Source: Nitrososphaeraceae archaeon
Lineage (GTDB): Archaea; Thermoproteota; Nitrososphaeria; Nitrososphaerales; Nitrososphaeraceae
Direction: 5' to 3'
Assembly: GCA_035641095.1 (NCBI GenBank)
Contig: DASQUV010000058.1
Location: forward strand, 35,207-59,206
DNA length: 24,000 bases
Position 1 is the first letter of the stretch. Every line of letters starts with the position of its first letter. Below are positions 1 to 7,964 of this stretch, in pieces. Both the position numbers and the translations under genes were made by a program. The notes beneath the pieces were generated by a model that saw nothing but the letters and a program-made list of their open reading frames with translations, did not search any database and was not told the origin of the DNA.

Positions 1-730
1 TATTTGCTGATGGCCCCATACCCAGTCCTCCGACGACCTGTGCAGCCTCATCAGATATAATATCGCCAAAGAGGTTTGACGTTAATATTACATCAAAGTC
101 CTCAGGATTTCGAATAAGATTCATTGCACATGCATCGACGTACATCTCTTCGAACTGAATATCAACGTATGCTGATGCGATTTCAGAGCTGATCCTCCTG
201 AACAATCCGTCACTTTTCCTCAATACATTCGCTTTGTGAACCAAACTGACCTTTCTATGTCGGTTTCTTAGTCTGGCCAATTTGAAGCCGTACTTAGTTA
301 TTCTCTCAATGGCTTTTTTGCTGGTCCGCCTGAGGGAAATAACAGTTTCTTCGTCTGACCAAAACTCCCACCCAAGATATAGGTCTTCAGTATTCTCCCT
401 TACCACAACCAGATCGATATTATTGCGTAGAGAATTCGTATTAGGATAAGCCTTTAAGGGTCTGATATTCGCATACAGGTCAAAAAGCTGTCTGATGACA
501 AGTATCACTTCGGCGGCACTTTCTCCCACGGGTCCCTTCAAGCATGCATCTGATTTACGGATAGTTGAAAGCGTGAAATCAGGTAAAGCCTTATGGAATC
601 TAGTAAGTGCATTGTCTCCAGCCTCTACAGGAACTAAAGAAAATTTCACTGATGAATTATCGTTAATTTCGTTCAAAATACACATAGCAGAGTCTATTAA
701 TTCTGGTCCTATTCCATCACCTCTAAGCAT
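1..730 (-). CDS. leuB: 3-isopropylmalate dehydrogenase (isocitrate/isopropylmalate dehydrogenase family), C-terminus beyond window
   Basis: The minus-strand reading frame is absent from the ORF track because it runs off the window. It starts [21 protein letters not shown]... at ATG 730 and reaches the window edge as ...[30 protein letters not shown]. The GDGIGPE N-terminus and the NLFGDI.SDEA motif are family hallmarks. It lies downstream of ilvB-ilvH on the same strand. A homoisocitrate dehydrogenase cannot be excluded. Confidence 0.8.
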   Translation of the reverse strand, partial: [243 protein letters not shown]

Positions 731-877
731 TGCTATGCTATATCGAGTCGCTTTAAATCACCTTTGCTAAAAGATTACAATTCCCGAATCGGGTTAGCAC
801 TTGAGGGCCATTGAATCCCCATACTATCTCTAGAGGTCCATTCTTCACCTTGGATCTCACCCTTGTCGATTTGCTGG

Positions 878-1402
878 CTACGCTGCTCCCCTCGGCAACG
901 CAGAGACACCTGTCCGTGCTAGCTGAACTATGCCAAAGTGTGATACCAAATTCCTAAAAGCGTCAATCTTACTCGGGGTGCCAGTAATCTCAACAGTTAA
1001 TGTAAATTTGTCTATATCTAATATTTTCCCACGAAAAACTGAGGCTAAATTGATTAACTCTGCCCTAGAGGTCGAATCCTGAGCCTTCATTTTTATAAGG
1101 GCTAATTCTCTATAGACAGTGTTAGATCTATCAAGTACCTGTACTTCGACCACGTCAATGAGTTTTCCAAGCTGCTTTACTAGTTGATCTAAAGTACGAT
1201 CGTCACTTCTAGTGGTTATCGTCATTCTCGAAAGGTCAGCAGACTCGCTATAACCCACTGTAATACTTTCTATATTGAAATTTCTTGCCCTAAACAAATT
1301 AGTTACTCTAAAAAGAACTCCAGGCTTATCTTCAACTAGTGCAGATAAAATGTAAACATCGGCCGAAGTCTTTTTTTCCGGAACGTATCCAATCTGACTC
1401 AT
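878..1402 (-). CDS. ilvH: acetolactate synthase small (regulatory) subunit, ACT domain
   Basis: 174 aa. YILSALVEDKPGVLFRVTNLFRARNFNIESITVG matches the conserved IlvH/IlvN ACT-domain N-terminus. It begins 13 nt after the ilvB stop on the same strand. Confidence 0.9.
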   Translation of the reverse strand: MSQIGYVPEKKTSADVYILSALVEDKPGVLFRVTNLFRARNFNIESITVGYSESADLSRMTITTRSDDRTLDQLVKQLGKLIDVVEVQVLDRSNTVYRELALIKMKAQDSTSRAELINLASVFRGKILDIDKFTLTVEITGTPSKIDAFRNLVSHFGIVQLARTGVSALPRGAA

Positions 1403-1414
1403 CTTATTATGCCC

Positions 1415-3103
1415 TCAAGAACCAATAATCATGTCTTTTAGTCCTGTTCCAGGCGCAACGAAAGGATAAACATCTTCTTCGGGATCTATTGGAATATCTA
1501 TTACAGTGGCCACGTTACTCTTTAGTGCCGATTTAACTGCATTATCTAATTCCGAAAGTGACTGTACCTTTATTCCTTGTGCACCGTACGCATCTGCAAT
1601 TTTTGCGTAATCCGGGCAATTATGAAGATGAACTCCTTCGTACCGTCTGTTATAGAATGTTCTCTGCCACTGAGCCACCATTCCGAGCATGTAGTTGTTC
1701 AATAATATAACTATGACTGGGAGATTCTCCAAAACAGACACGGCAAGAGAGTTTTCGCTCATATTAAACGATCCGTCACCAGCAATATCCACTACAGGAA
1801 CGTTTTGTCGTGCAGCCTTGGCTCCAATTGCGGCAGGAAATCCAAAACCCATAGTCCCAAGCCCAGTCGAGCTAAAGAAAGTCCCTGGGGAAATAACATC
1901 GAAGTGAAGCGACGTCCACATCTGGCATTGTCCCACCTCTGTCGTAACGATGGAATTGTTTGGAAGAACCTGCCTTAACTTTTTAAGCACCTTCCTTGCA
2001 GTAAGATCTCTCGGATAATCCTTAATGCTCTCAGCATAATACTCTATTAGCTCCTTCCTTCTCTTCAGCCAGGAGTTTTCCTCACTACGTTTGACAATCT
2101 TTTTATTCAGAATCTTGATCATTGTTTTCACAGAAGATTTCACATCTCCAACGATGGCAACATCAACAGATTTATTCTTGCCAATTTCAGCAGGGTCTAT
2201 ATCCATATGTATTATATTCATGCCTTTTCCAAATTCATCAAATCTACCAACCGACCTATCAGAGAATCTTGCGCCAATCGCAAGAATACAATCTGCTTCT
2301 AAGATGATTTTATTAGCTTCTGCATGCCCATGCATTCCTATAGGACCCATCGCTAAAGGATGATTTTCAGGAAATGAGCCCTTTCCTTTGAATGTCGTAA
2401 CTACTGGCGCCAGTAATAATTCTGCAAGGACCCGCAATTCTGAAAACGCGCCCGCCAGGTTTACCCCACCGCCAGACATGATTATTGGGCGTTGAGCCGT
2501 CATTAACAATTCAGCAGCTTTTCCTATGGTCGAAAGATCGCTTTCGACAGCAGGATTATATCCCCTCACCTTTATTAAGTCGGGAAATTCTATATCCTGA
2601 GTGTCCTGTTGAACGTCTTTTGGAATGTCGATTAAGATTGGACCCGGCCTTCCACTTTCGGCAATGTAAAAACCCTTCTTAACAGCTTCGGGTATGTCGA
2701 CAGCTTTTCTAGGCTGAAATGTATATTTCGTACATGGGTTTGCTATCCCTATTATGTCTGTTTCCTGGAAGGCATCCTTTCCAATCATCTCCAAAGGGAC
2801 TTGACCGGTGACAGCAACCATAGGTGATGAGTCTGCATAAGCTGTAGCTAGACCGGTAATCAAATTTGTTGCGCCAGGGCCGGATGTTGCAAAACATACA
2901 CCAGCTCTCCTTTTTATTCTGGCATACCCGTCCGCCATATGGGCAGCAGACTGTTCATGTCTGACAAGAATGTGCCGAATTTTTGCATCTACCAGAGCGT
3001 CGTAAATGGGAAGGTTTGCTCCTCCAGGAAGGCCAAAGACAAACTCCACTCCTTCCTTTTCCAGAGACCGCATAAGTGCCTCTGCTCCCCTCATCCTTGT
3101 CAT
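1415..3103 (-). CDS. ilvB: acetolactate synthase large (catalytic) subunit, ThDP-dependent
   Basis: The ORF runs 1415..3127 from a GTG. Homology begins at M(T)RMRGAEALMRSLEKEGVEFVFGLPGG, so ATG 3103 (or 3094) is the likelier start, with GGAGGGAG about 12 nt upstream. ThDP motif GDGSFNMSENSLAVSVLENLPV is present. It is followed by ilvH. Confidence 0.9.
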   Translation of the reverse strand: MTRMRGAEALMRSLEKEGVEFVFGLPGGANLPIYDALVDAKIRHILVRHEQSAAHMADGYARIKRRAGVCFATSGPGATNLITGLATAYADSSPMVAVTGQVPLEMIGKDAFQETDIIGIANPCTKYTFQPRKAVDIPEAVKKGFYIAESGRPGPILIDIPKDVQQDTQDIEFPDLIKVRGYNPAVESDLSTIGKAAELLMTAQRPIIMSGGGVNLAGAFSELRVLAELLLAPVVTTFKGKGSFPENHPLAMGPIGMHGHAEANKIILEADCILAIGARFSDRSVGRFDEFGKGMNIIHMDIDPAEIGKNKSVDVAIVGDVKSSVKTMIKILNKKIVKRSEENSWLKRRKELIEYYAESIKDYPRDLTARKVLKKLRQVLPNNSIVTTEVGQCQMWTSLHFDVISPGTFFSSTGLGTMGFGFPAAIGAKAARQNVPVVDIAGDGSFNMSENSLAVSVLENLPVIVILLNNYMLGMVAQWQRTFYNRRYEGVHLHNCPDYAKIADAYGAQGIKVQSLSELDNAVKSALKSNVATVIDIPIDPEEDVYPFVAPGTGLKDMIIGS

Positions 3104-3247
3104 TATATTGCACTCCCTCCAAACCACAATAAACGAAAAGGAACAAAATAATCTATCTTCATTCCATCATACAAGCATGGATTCCTCAACAACATTTTTC
3201 AAATTGTGTATGTGACCAGAGGCTTATTATAATTTATAAGTGTTATT

Positions 3248-3264
3248 CTAAGCTTAATGCTTAG
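3248..3264. repeat. short hairpin-forming inverted repeat CTAAGC-TTAAT-GCTTAG just past the aldolase stop
   Basis: Read directly from the sequence: 6-bp perfect stem with a 5-nt loop, 6 nt downstream (minus-strand sense) of the stop at 3270. No adjacent T-run, so a terminator role is uncertain. Confidence 0.3.
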
Positions 3265-3269
3265 GCGGC

Positions 3270-4082
3270 TTACTTTTGGGGGTTGGTCGTCACGTTGGCA
3301 TTGGTTGACTCATGAATGAAAGTACGGTTCGTTTCCTCAACAGTGAGACCATCATGAACAATCGCCCTTACTGCTTTAATCATAGAGACAGGAGTCTTTG
3401 ATTGCCAAATATTTCTACCCATGTCTACGCCGGATGCCCCAGATGAAATCGCATCATGTGCTAGCTGTAAAGCATCCTTCTCCGGGAGCTTTTTGCCTCC
3501 AGCGATAACCAATGGTACTGGACAGGACCTCACTACTGTGTCAAAATCATTGCAATAATAGGTCTTCACAATATGAGCTCCAAACTCTGCAGCAATTCTA
3601 CAGGCTAATCCCAAGTATCTTGAATCACGAGTCATTTCTCTTCCCACAGCAGTAACAGCTAGAACTGGAATGCCATATCTTTCGCCTTCGTCCACCAATC
3701 TTGCCAGATTCATTAATGTTTGGTGTTCATACTTGCTTCCAATGAAAACTGATACAGCAAGGCAACTTGCGTTTAGCCTGATGGCGTCTTCAATACTTGC
3801 GATCAGTGCCTCCTTGGAAAGGTCTTCCCCAATTATACTACTTCCTCCGGAGATGCGAAGAACTACGGGGACCCGGAATTCAGGACCGACAGATGTTCTA
3901 AGTATGCCCCTAGTCAGCATAACAGAATCAGCGAATGGCAACAGAGGAGTGAGAACCTCCCTAGGATTTTCTAATCCTTCTGTTGGGCCCAAAAAGTAAC
4001 CGTGATCTACTGCGAGCATAACACATCGCCCATCATCCTGACCCATGATTAGGGACAGCCTGTTCTTCATCCCCCAATTCAT
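3270..4082 (-). CDS. class I aldolase, DhnA/FbaB/AroA' family (COG1830-like)
   Basis: 270 aa. MLAVDHGYF..GP N-terminal motif, HIVKTYY (candidate Schiff-base Lys), GGKK and GVDMGRNIWQ are typical of archaeal class I FBP aldolase / ADH-synthase type enzymes. The subfamily cannot be resolved by eye. Confidence 0.75.
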   Translation of the reverse strand: MNWGMKNRLSLIMGQDDGRCVMLAVDHGYFLGPTEGLENPREVLTPLLPFADSVMLTRGILRTSVGPEFRVPVVLRISGGSSIIGEDLSKEALIASIEDAIRLNASCLAVSVFIGSKYEHQTLMNLARLVDEGERYGIPVLAVTAVGREMTRDSRYLGLACRIAAEFGAHIVKTYYCNDFDTVVRSCPVPLVIAGGKKLPEKDALQLAHDAISSGASGVDMGRNIWQSKTPVSMIKAVRAIVHDGLTVEETNRTFIHESTNANVTTNPQK

Positions 4083-4106
4083 ATTCTTCTATCTTAAAGG
4101 AATGGA

Positions 4107-5159
4107 CTATTGGACTCTATTTTTTCTTTTCTGATTAAGTATTACAACCTTCATAGCGTCAAGTGCGTCATGCGCACACTTAAAGGCCAACTCAGAGTTT
4201 TCGAGGTCAAACTGATGTGTTATTAACCTTCCAAAATTCAGGCGTGTATCGCATAGAAGCCTTAGAGCATGATGGGTTTCTCGCTCGGTCGCCGCATACG
4301 AAGACAGGATTGAAATCTCGTTGGCATACACATATGCAAGATCAACTGTTACTGAGGACGATTTTGGCGGGACCCCAAAAAGAATGATATGTCCCCCCTT
4401 TCTTACTATTTTTAAAGACTGGGTAAATGCGCTTTGATTTCCGGTTGCGACAACAACTAGGTCCGCCCCTCTACCGGAAAGGATGCCGTTTAGGCTCCTT
4501 ATTTTCTCCTCATCATTTACGGGATGTAAAACGTCAAACCCCATCCTTTTGCCGAAATCGAGCCTAAATTCGTTAGGATCAATCAGTATCACCCTATCAG
4601 CTCCTGCGTTTCTCGCTAACATGGCGTTCATCATACCCACCGGTCCAGCTCCCAAAATCACGATATCCTGCATTCTGTCCAGGTCACATTTGGAGAGCGC
4701 CCTGATACAGCATGCTAGAGGTTCAATCAATGAAGCCACTTCATCAGTTATGTACGATGGGAGCTTAAGAACCCCTCCTCGTTGGAGATGTACAGACGAA
4801 ACGAGAAATTCTTCTGATAGTCCACATGGTTCCAAATTGTTCATCTGATATGAATCACACATAGTTTCACAGTTATGAAGGCAGTAATAGCATGAATAAC
4901 AGGGAACATGATGATGCGTAAAAACTCGATCCATTTCCTTGAAGCCGGTAACTTTGTTCCCTACCTTTACTATCTCGCCGACTGGTTCATGACCCAATTT
5001 GGTCGAACCCATCGCGTAGGAGATTTTGGTTTTCTCAAGATCGGAGCCACATAAGCCGCAAACGTTCATTCTGACGACAATCTCATCCTCCTTTGGATAA
5101 GGCGCTGGAACATCCCTTACAACCACCCCATTGGGAGAAGCAACAAATACTGCCTTCAT
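4107..5159 (-). CDS. Zn-dependent medium-chain alcohol/polyol dehydrogenase (threonine/sorbitol dehydrogenase-like)
   Basis: 350 aa. CGLCGSD...GHEPVGEIVKVG catalytic-zinc motif, structural-zinc cluster CYSCYYCLHNCETMC, and Rossmann motif ILGAGPVG. It lies 24 nt upstream of the aldolase gene on the same strand. Confidence 0.8.
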   Translation of the reverse strand: MKAVFVASPNGVVVRDVPAPYPKEDEIVVRMNVCGLCGSDLEKTKISYAMGSTKLGHEPVGEIVKVGNKVTGFKEMDRVFTHHHVPCYSCYYCLHNCETMCDSYQMNNLEPCGLSEEFLVSSVHLQRGGVLKLPSYITDEVASLIEPLACCIRALSKCDLDRMQDIVILGAGPVGMMNAMLARNAGADRVILIDPNEFRLDFGKRMGFDVLHPVNDEEKIRSLNGILSGRGADLVVVATGNQSAFTQSLKIVRKGGHIILFGVPPKSSSVTVDLAYVYANEISILSSYAATERETHHALRLLCDTRLNFGRLITHQFDLENSELAFKCAHDALDAMKVVILNQKRKNRVQ

Positions 5160-5224
5160 TAGAGCTCACAATTCTCGCTGAATCTGAGCATCCTTCTGAA
5201 CCGAGCCATATCGCAGACTAGATA

Positions 5225-5374
5225 TCAAACCTTACGTCTTGAATACTTTTTGGGTTTTCTCGAAAAGATTCCTTTACACCCCTCACAACAGAAAAAGTAT
5301 TCTATGCCATGATAATTGAATGGAATTGCTAGCTCTTGTGATAACTCTATGCCACATACCGGATCCAGAGGCAA
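5225..5374 (-). CDS. small YHS/TRASH-type metal-binding domain protein (49 aa, below the ORF-track cutoff)
   Basis: Manual translation from a TTG start gives (M)PLDPVCGIELSQELAIPFNYHGIEYFFCCEGCKGIFSRKPKKYSRRKV*. The pattern DPVCG-x(n)-G..YFFC..C...F...P.KY matches the YHS/TRASH domain. There is no in-frame ATG upstream, so the start is uncertain. Confidence 0.45.
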   Translation of the reverse strand: MPLDPVCGIELSQELAIPFNYHGIEYFFCCEGCKGIFSRKPKKYSRRKV

Positions 5375-5540
5375 GAATTGATATAGACCTGGTTTTGTTA
5401 TTTATTCTTTCTTACCTTTAACAGTGATTCATTGGATATGATGTCTGATAGATGATCATTCAGCATAACCGTACTAAGAAGTTTAAGATTCTTCACAAAT
5501 CATTTCATATCCAACGTTTCAAGATTATAAATAGCTCCTA

Positions 5541-5711
5541 ATGTCATTTCCATCTATAGAAATAACTTGTGAAAAATGTGGGGGTAGAATCAACAGAATC
5601 ATAAATATGAAATCCATCAAGGATGTTCTGAGACCGTTTAATGGAAGATGTAACTCGTGCGGGGTCAACCTGAACCCCTCTGATTTTGATTTATATATGC
5701 AAAAAGCCTGA
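5541..5711 (+). CDS. small double-CxxC zinc-ribbon protein (56 aa, below the ORF-track cutoff)
   Basis: Manual translation gives MSFPSIEITCEKCGGRINRIINMKSIKDVLRPFNGRCNSCGVNLNPSDFDLYMQKA*. Two CxxC pairs sit 24 residues apart. The ORF fills an otherwise empty intergenic region and is convergent with trpE. Confidence 0.4.
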   Translation: MSFPSIEITCEKCGGRINRIINMKSIKDVLRPFNGRCNSCGVNLNPSDFDLYMQKA

Positions 5712-5723
5712 GTCGAATGATTC

Positions 5724-7160
5724 TTACTGAAAGAAGTTACTATCGGCTGATTCCGGTTCTTTCCCACGGCCCTTTGAATTTTGCAAGGCCATAAGGATCG
5801 CATTTAATTTCTGTTCCGTTTCATTCCACTCAGCAACAGGGTTTGATTCCATAACAATTCCAGCGCCGGCTTGCGAGTATGCTTCTTTTCCTCGGATAAA
5901 AAGCGATCGCAATATAATTGCAAAATCACACGAATCGTTCGAAGAAAAATATCCAAGCGCCCCCGCGTAGGGGCCTCTTCTAAAGGGCTCCAATTCGTCT
6001 ATAATTTCCATCGCACGTATTTTTGGAGCGCCGGATACCGTCCCAGCGGGAAAGAGTGCCTTAAAGGCATCGAACTGATCATATGAATTTCCTAATGAAC
6101 CCGATACGTGAGTCACCATATGCTGAACGTGGCTAAATCGTCTTACTGCCATTAAATCCCTAACATTTACAGACCCATATTTGCTAACTCTACCGACATC
6201 ATTTCTAGCCAAATCGACTAACATTGTGTGTTCAGCAATTTCCTTCTTGTCATTCACGAGGTCCCTCATCAGCTTGTCGTTTGTTTCAGGATCCGTTACA
6301 ACAGGCCTAGTACCAGCAATTGGATATGTCTCAAGATACCGATTTGAAACGCGCAACAGCATCTCGGGACTCGACCCAATAATCTGGACACCGCTACTCG
6401 TCTTTAGAAAATACATATAAGGTGACGGGTTGATCCGCCTTAGACTTTGATAAACATCTAATGGATCCCCCTTAATACGGAACCGCAAACTCCGAGACAA
6501 AACAGCCTGGAATATATCTCCCCTGTAAATGAATTCCTTTGCCTTTTTCACCATATTCGTATACTGATTTCTCGATACATTATTGACAGGCAACGAGAAA
6601 TCTAATGGCTCCCTCAGATCCTTTTCGTCTGGATTCTTAAGAAGCTTAGCTATTTGAGCAGATCGTGAAACGTCTCCCTGATGAAAGTAATATACAGCAG
6701 TTGATGCGTGATCTACTATGATCCCGTCGATGTAAATACCGAATTCAAGCATAGGAAAAGTGTCGGAAAGAAATTTCCTTTTCCTATTTTTCGTCCTCAA
6801 ATCTTCCCATGATTTTATGGCATCATAAGAGATGTATCCAACTGCTCCTCCTACGTAACGAAAGCGCTGGTCCTCTACATATGGGAGGATACTCCTGATC
6901 GGCGATATTGGGTCGTTTGGCTTTTCTACCTGTGTTGATTTGTTCCCATTAATAATAAAAATCCTATCGTTTTCAATTACGGCCTTGCTTGCTGGATCGA
7001 AGCCTATTATGGAAATTTCTGATAATTCTCGAGGTCCCTGTAATGATTCCAGAAGGAAAACGGTATCATAAATTCTATATATCTTTTTAAATATTTCAAA
7101 TTGATCGGCAGGCATATCAAGCCTGACGAAATGCACATCTGTTTTCCTCCTCAAATTCAA
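5724..7160 (-). CDS. trpE: anthranilate synthase component I-like chorismate-utilising enzyme
   Basis: 478 aa. Motifs seen: FLLESLQG (LLES Trp-feedback motif), YPIAGTRP (Ala rather than the Lys of E. coli-type PabB), MLVDLARND, and GAPKIRAMEIIDELE..RGPYAGALGYF. The annotated start is a TTG; in-frame GTG 7136 and ATG 7115 are alternatives. A PabB of the PIAGT type is not excluded. Confidence 0.7.
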   Translation of the reverse strand: MNLRRKTDVHFVRLDMPADQFEIFKKIYRIYDTVFLLESLQGPRELSEISIIGFDPASKAVIENDRIFIINGNKSTQVEKPNDPISPIRSILPYVEDQRFRYVGGAVGYISYDAIKSWEDLRTKNRKRKFLSDTFPMLEFGIYIDGIIVDHASTAVYYFHQGDVSRSAQIAKLLKNPDEKDLREPLDFSLPVNNVSRNQYTNMVKKAKEFIYRGDIFQAVLSRSLRFRIKGDPLDVYQSLRRINPSPYMYFLKTSSGVQIIGSSPEMLLRVSNRYLETYPIAGTRPVVTDPETNDKLMRDLVNDKKEIAEHTMLVDLARNDVGRVSKYGSVNVRDLMAVRRFSHVQHMVTHVSGSLGNSYDQFDAFKALFPAGTVSGAPKIRAMEIIDELEPFRRGPYAGALGYFSSNDSCDFAIILRSLFIRGKEAYSQAGAGIVMESNPVAEWNETEQKLNAILMALQNSKGRGKEPESADSNFFQ

Positions 7161-7352
7161 AATTTATTTTATGTGCCACAGAAACCATATTTATTTTCAA
7201 TGGAGATTTAAACGCGCAAGTCGGAGTTATTTCAGGGCATATTCAGAATTTGATCAGTATTCAATACTTAAGGCAAACCTAAATCTCATAACTGTCTACG
7301 GCTGAGGCGGTGTACTCTAGAAGCTACCGACTTCCTCTAGTATGTCAGGATG

Positions 7353-7724
7353 TTATTTCTTTCTACCTTTTCTTCTGGCTCGCTTTCCTGCGTTCTTTGA
7401 GAGTGGAAGCTTACTGCTTTGCAGATTTTCTAGTTCACCCAATCCATGTGTGTATTTTTCCCAAAAGTTGGATTGACCAAAGAGTTCATCCAGTTGCGCA
7501 GAAGCGCTAAACGATATCTTGTTGAGGGTGATATGGAGCGTTTCATGACTCAGGAGGGAGCTTGCGATTTCGGCAATACGGCCGTCTGAATTGAATTCCT
7601 TCCAAGACTTGTAATTGCCGATAAACGCCCGTGATCTTCCGTAATAAGGAACAAACATTAGCCCCCTTCTACCCGATAGACCTTTTAATTTAAGATCTAG
7701 CACCATTCCATCTAGCACGAGCAT
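7353..7724 (-). CDS. hypothetical protein with an HExxH motif and a lysine/arginine-rich C-terminal tail
   Basis: 123 aa. SLLSHETLHITL contains H60-E-T-L-H64. The C-terminus is KNAGKRARRKGRKK. I recognise no family. It is the only sizeable ORF in this interval, with 117 nt of non-coding sequence upstream of its start. Confidence 0.45.
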   Translation of the reverse strand: MLVLDGMVLDLKLKGLSGRRGLMFVPYYGRSRAFIGNYKSWKEFNSDGRIAEIASSLLSHETLHITLNKISFSASAQLDELFGQSNFWEKYTHGLGELENLQSSKLPLSKNAGKRARRKGRKK

Positions 7725-7964
7725 CCATATCTCAACATCAATTCCTAGATTAATCTATCTTGAGAAAAATTGGAAACTGTGAATCTGCTTAATGAATAAT
7801 CATTTGTCCTTCATGCATCTATTGATACGATTTATAAAGTTATGAGGAGGCGAAGCCAATTTGCAAAGCTTTTTTTTACTATAGTTTTACAAATTAATCC
7901 AATAAAATTTACAATCACAATGCCAATCTTCATATTTAGAATGCTTTACTCTAAGTCGCACGTG

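Noticed and set aside
495-770. 91-aa plus-strand ORF
   Set aside because: It lies entirely antisense to the clearly recognisable leuB reading frame and has no motifs of its own. It is a shadow ORF.
1695-3215. Nine short ORFs (60-90 aa, mostly plus strand) overlapping ilvB and its upstream region
   Set aside because: All lie antisense or out of frame within the well-supported acetolactate synthase gene. Their composition is low-complexity or Ser/Pro-rich, as is typical of shadow ORFs.
5436-5470. ATGATG..CTGA..ATGATC..TTCAGC, resembling C/D-box sRNA motifs
   Set aside because: The box spacing is wrong: the C-like and D-like boxes are adjacent instead of being separated by guide regions of about 12 nt. 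There is no terminal stem or proper C'/D' pair.
5525-5803. 92-aa minus-strand ORF
   Set aside because: It overlaps the 3' end of trpE in another frame and lies antisense to the better-supported double-CxxC mini-ORF. It has no recognisable features.
7256-7268. 13-bp palindrome AGTATTCAATACT about 100 nt upstream of trpE, as a possible operator
   Set aside because: About six 6+6 palindromes are expected by chance in a window of this size, and there is no second copy or other supporting feature.
7842-7964. N-terminal extensions in the ORF track: 41 codons on the glycerate kinase, 18 on the thiolase (22312-22365) and 8 on ilvB (3104-3127)
   Set aside because: The extensions are AT-rich or hydrophobic and lack homology-like sequence, and the conserved N-termini begin at internal Met codons. 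I therefore used the downstream starts. The exact starts remain uncertain.
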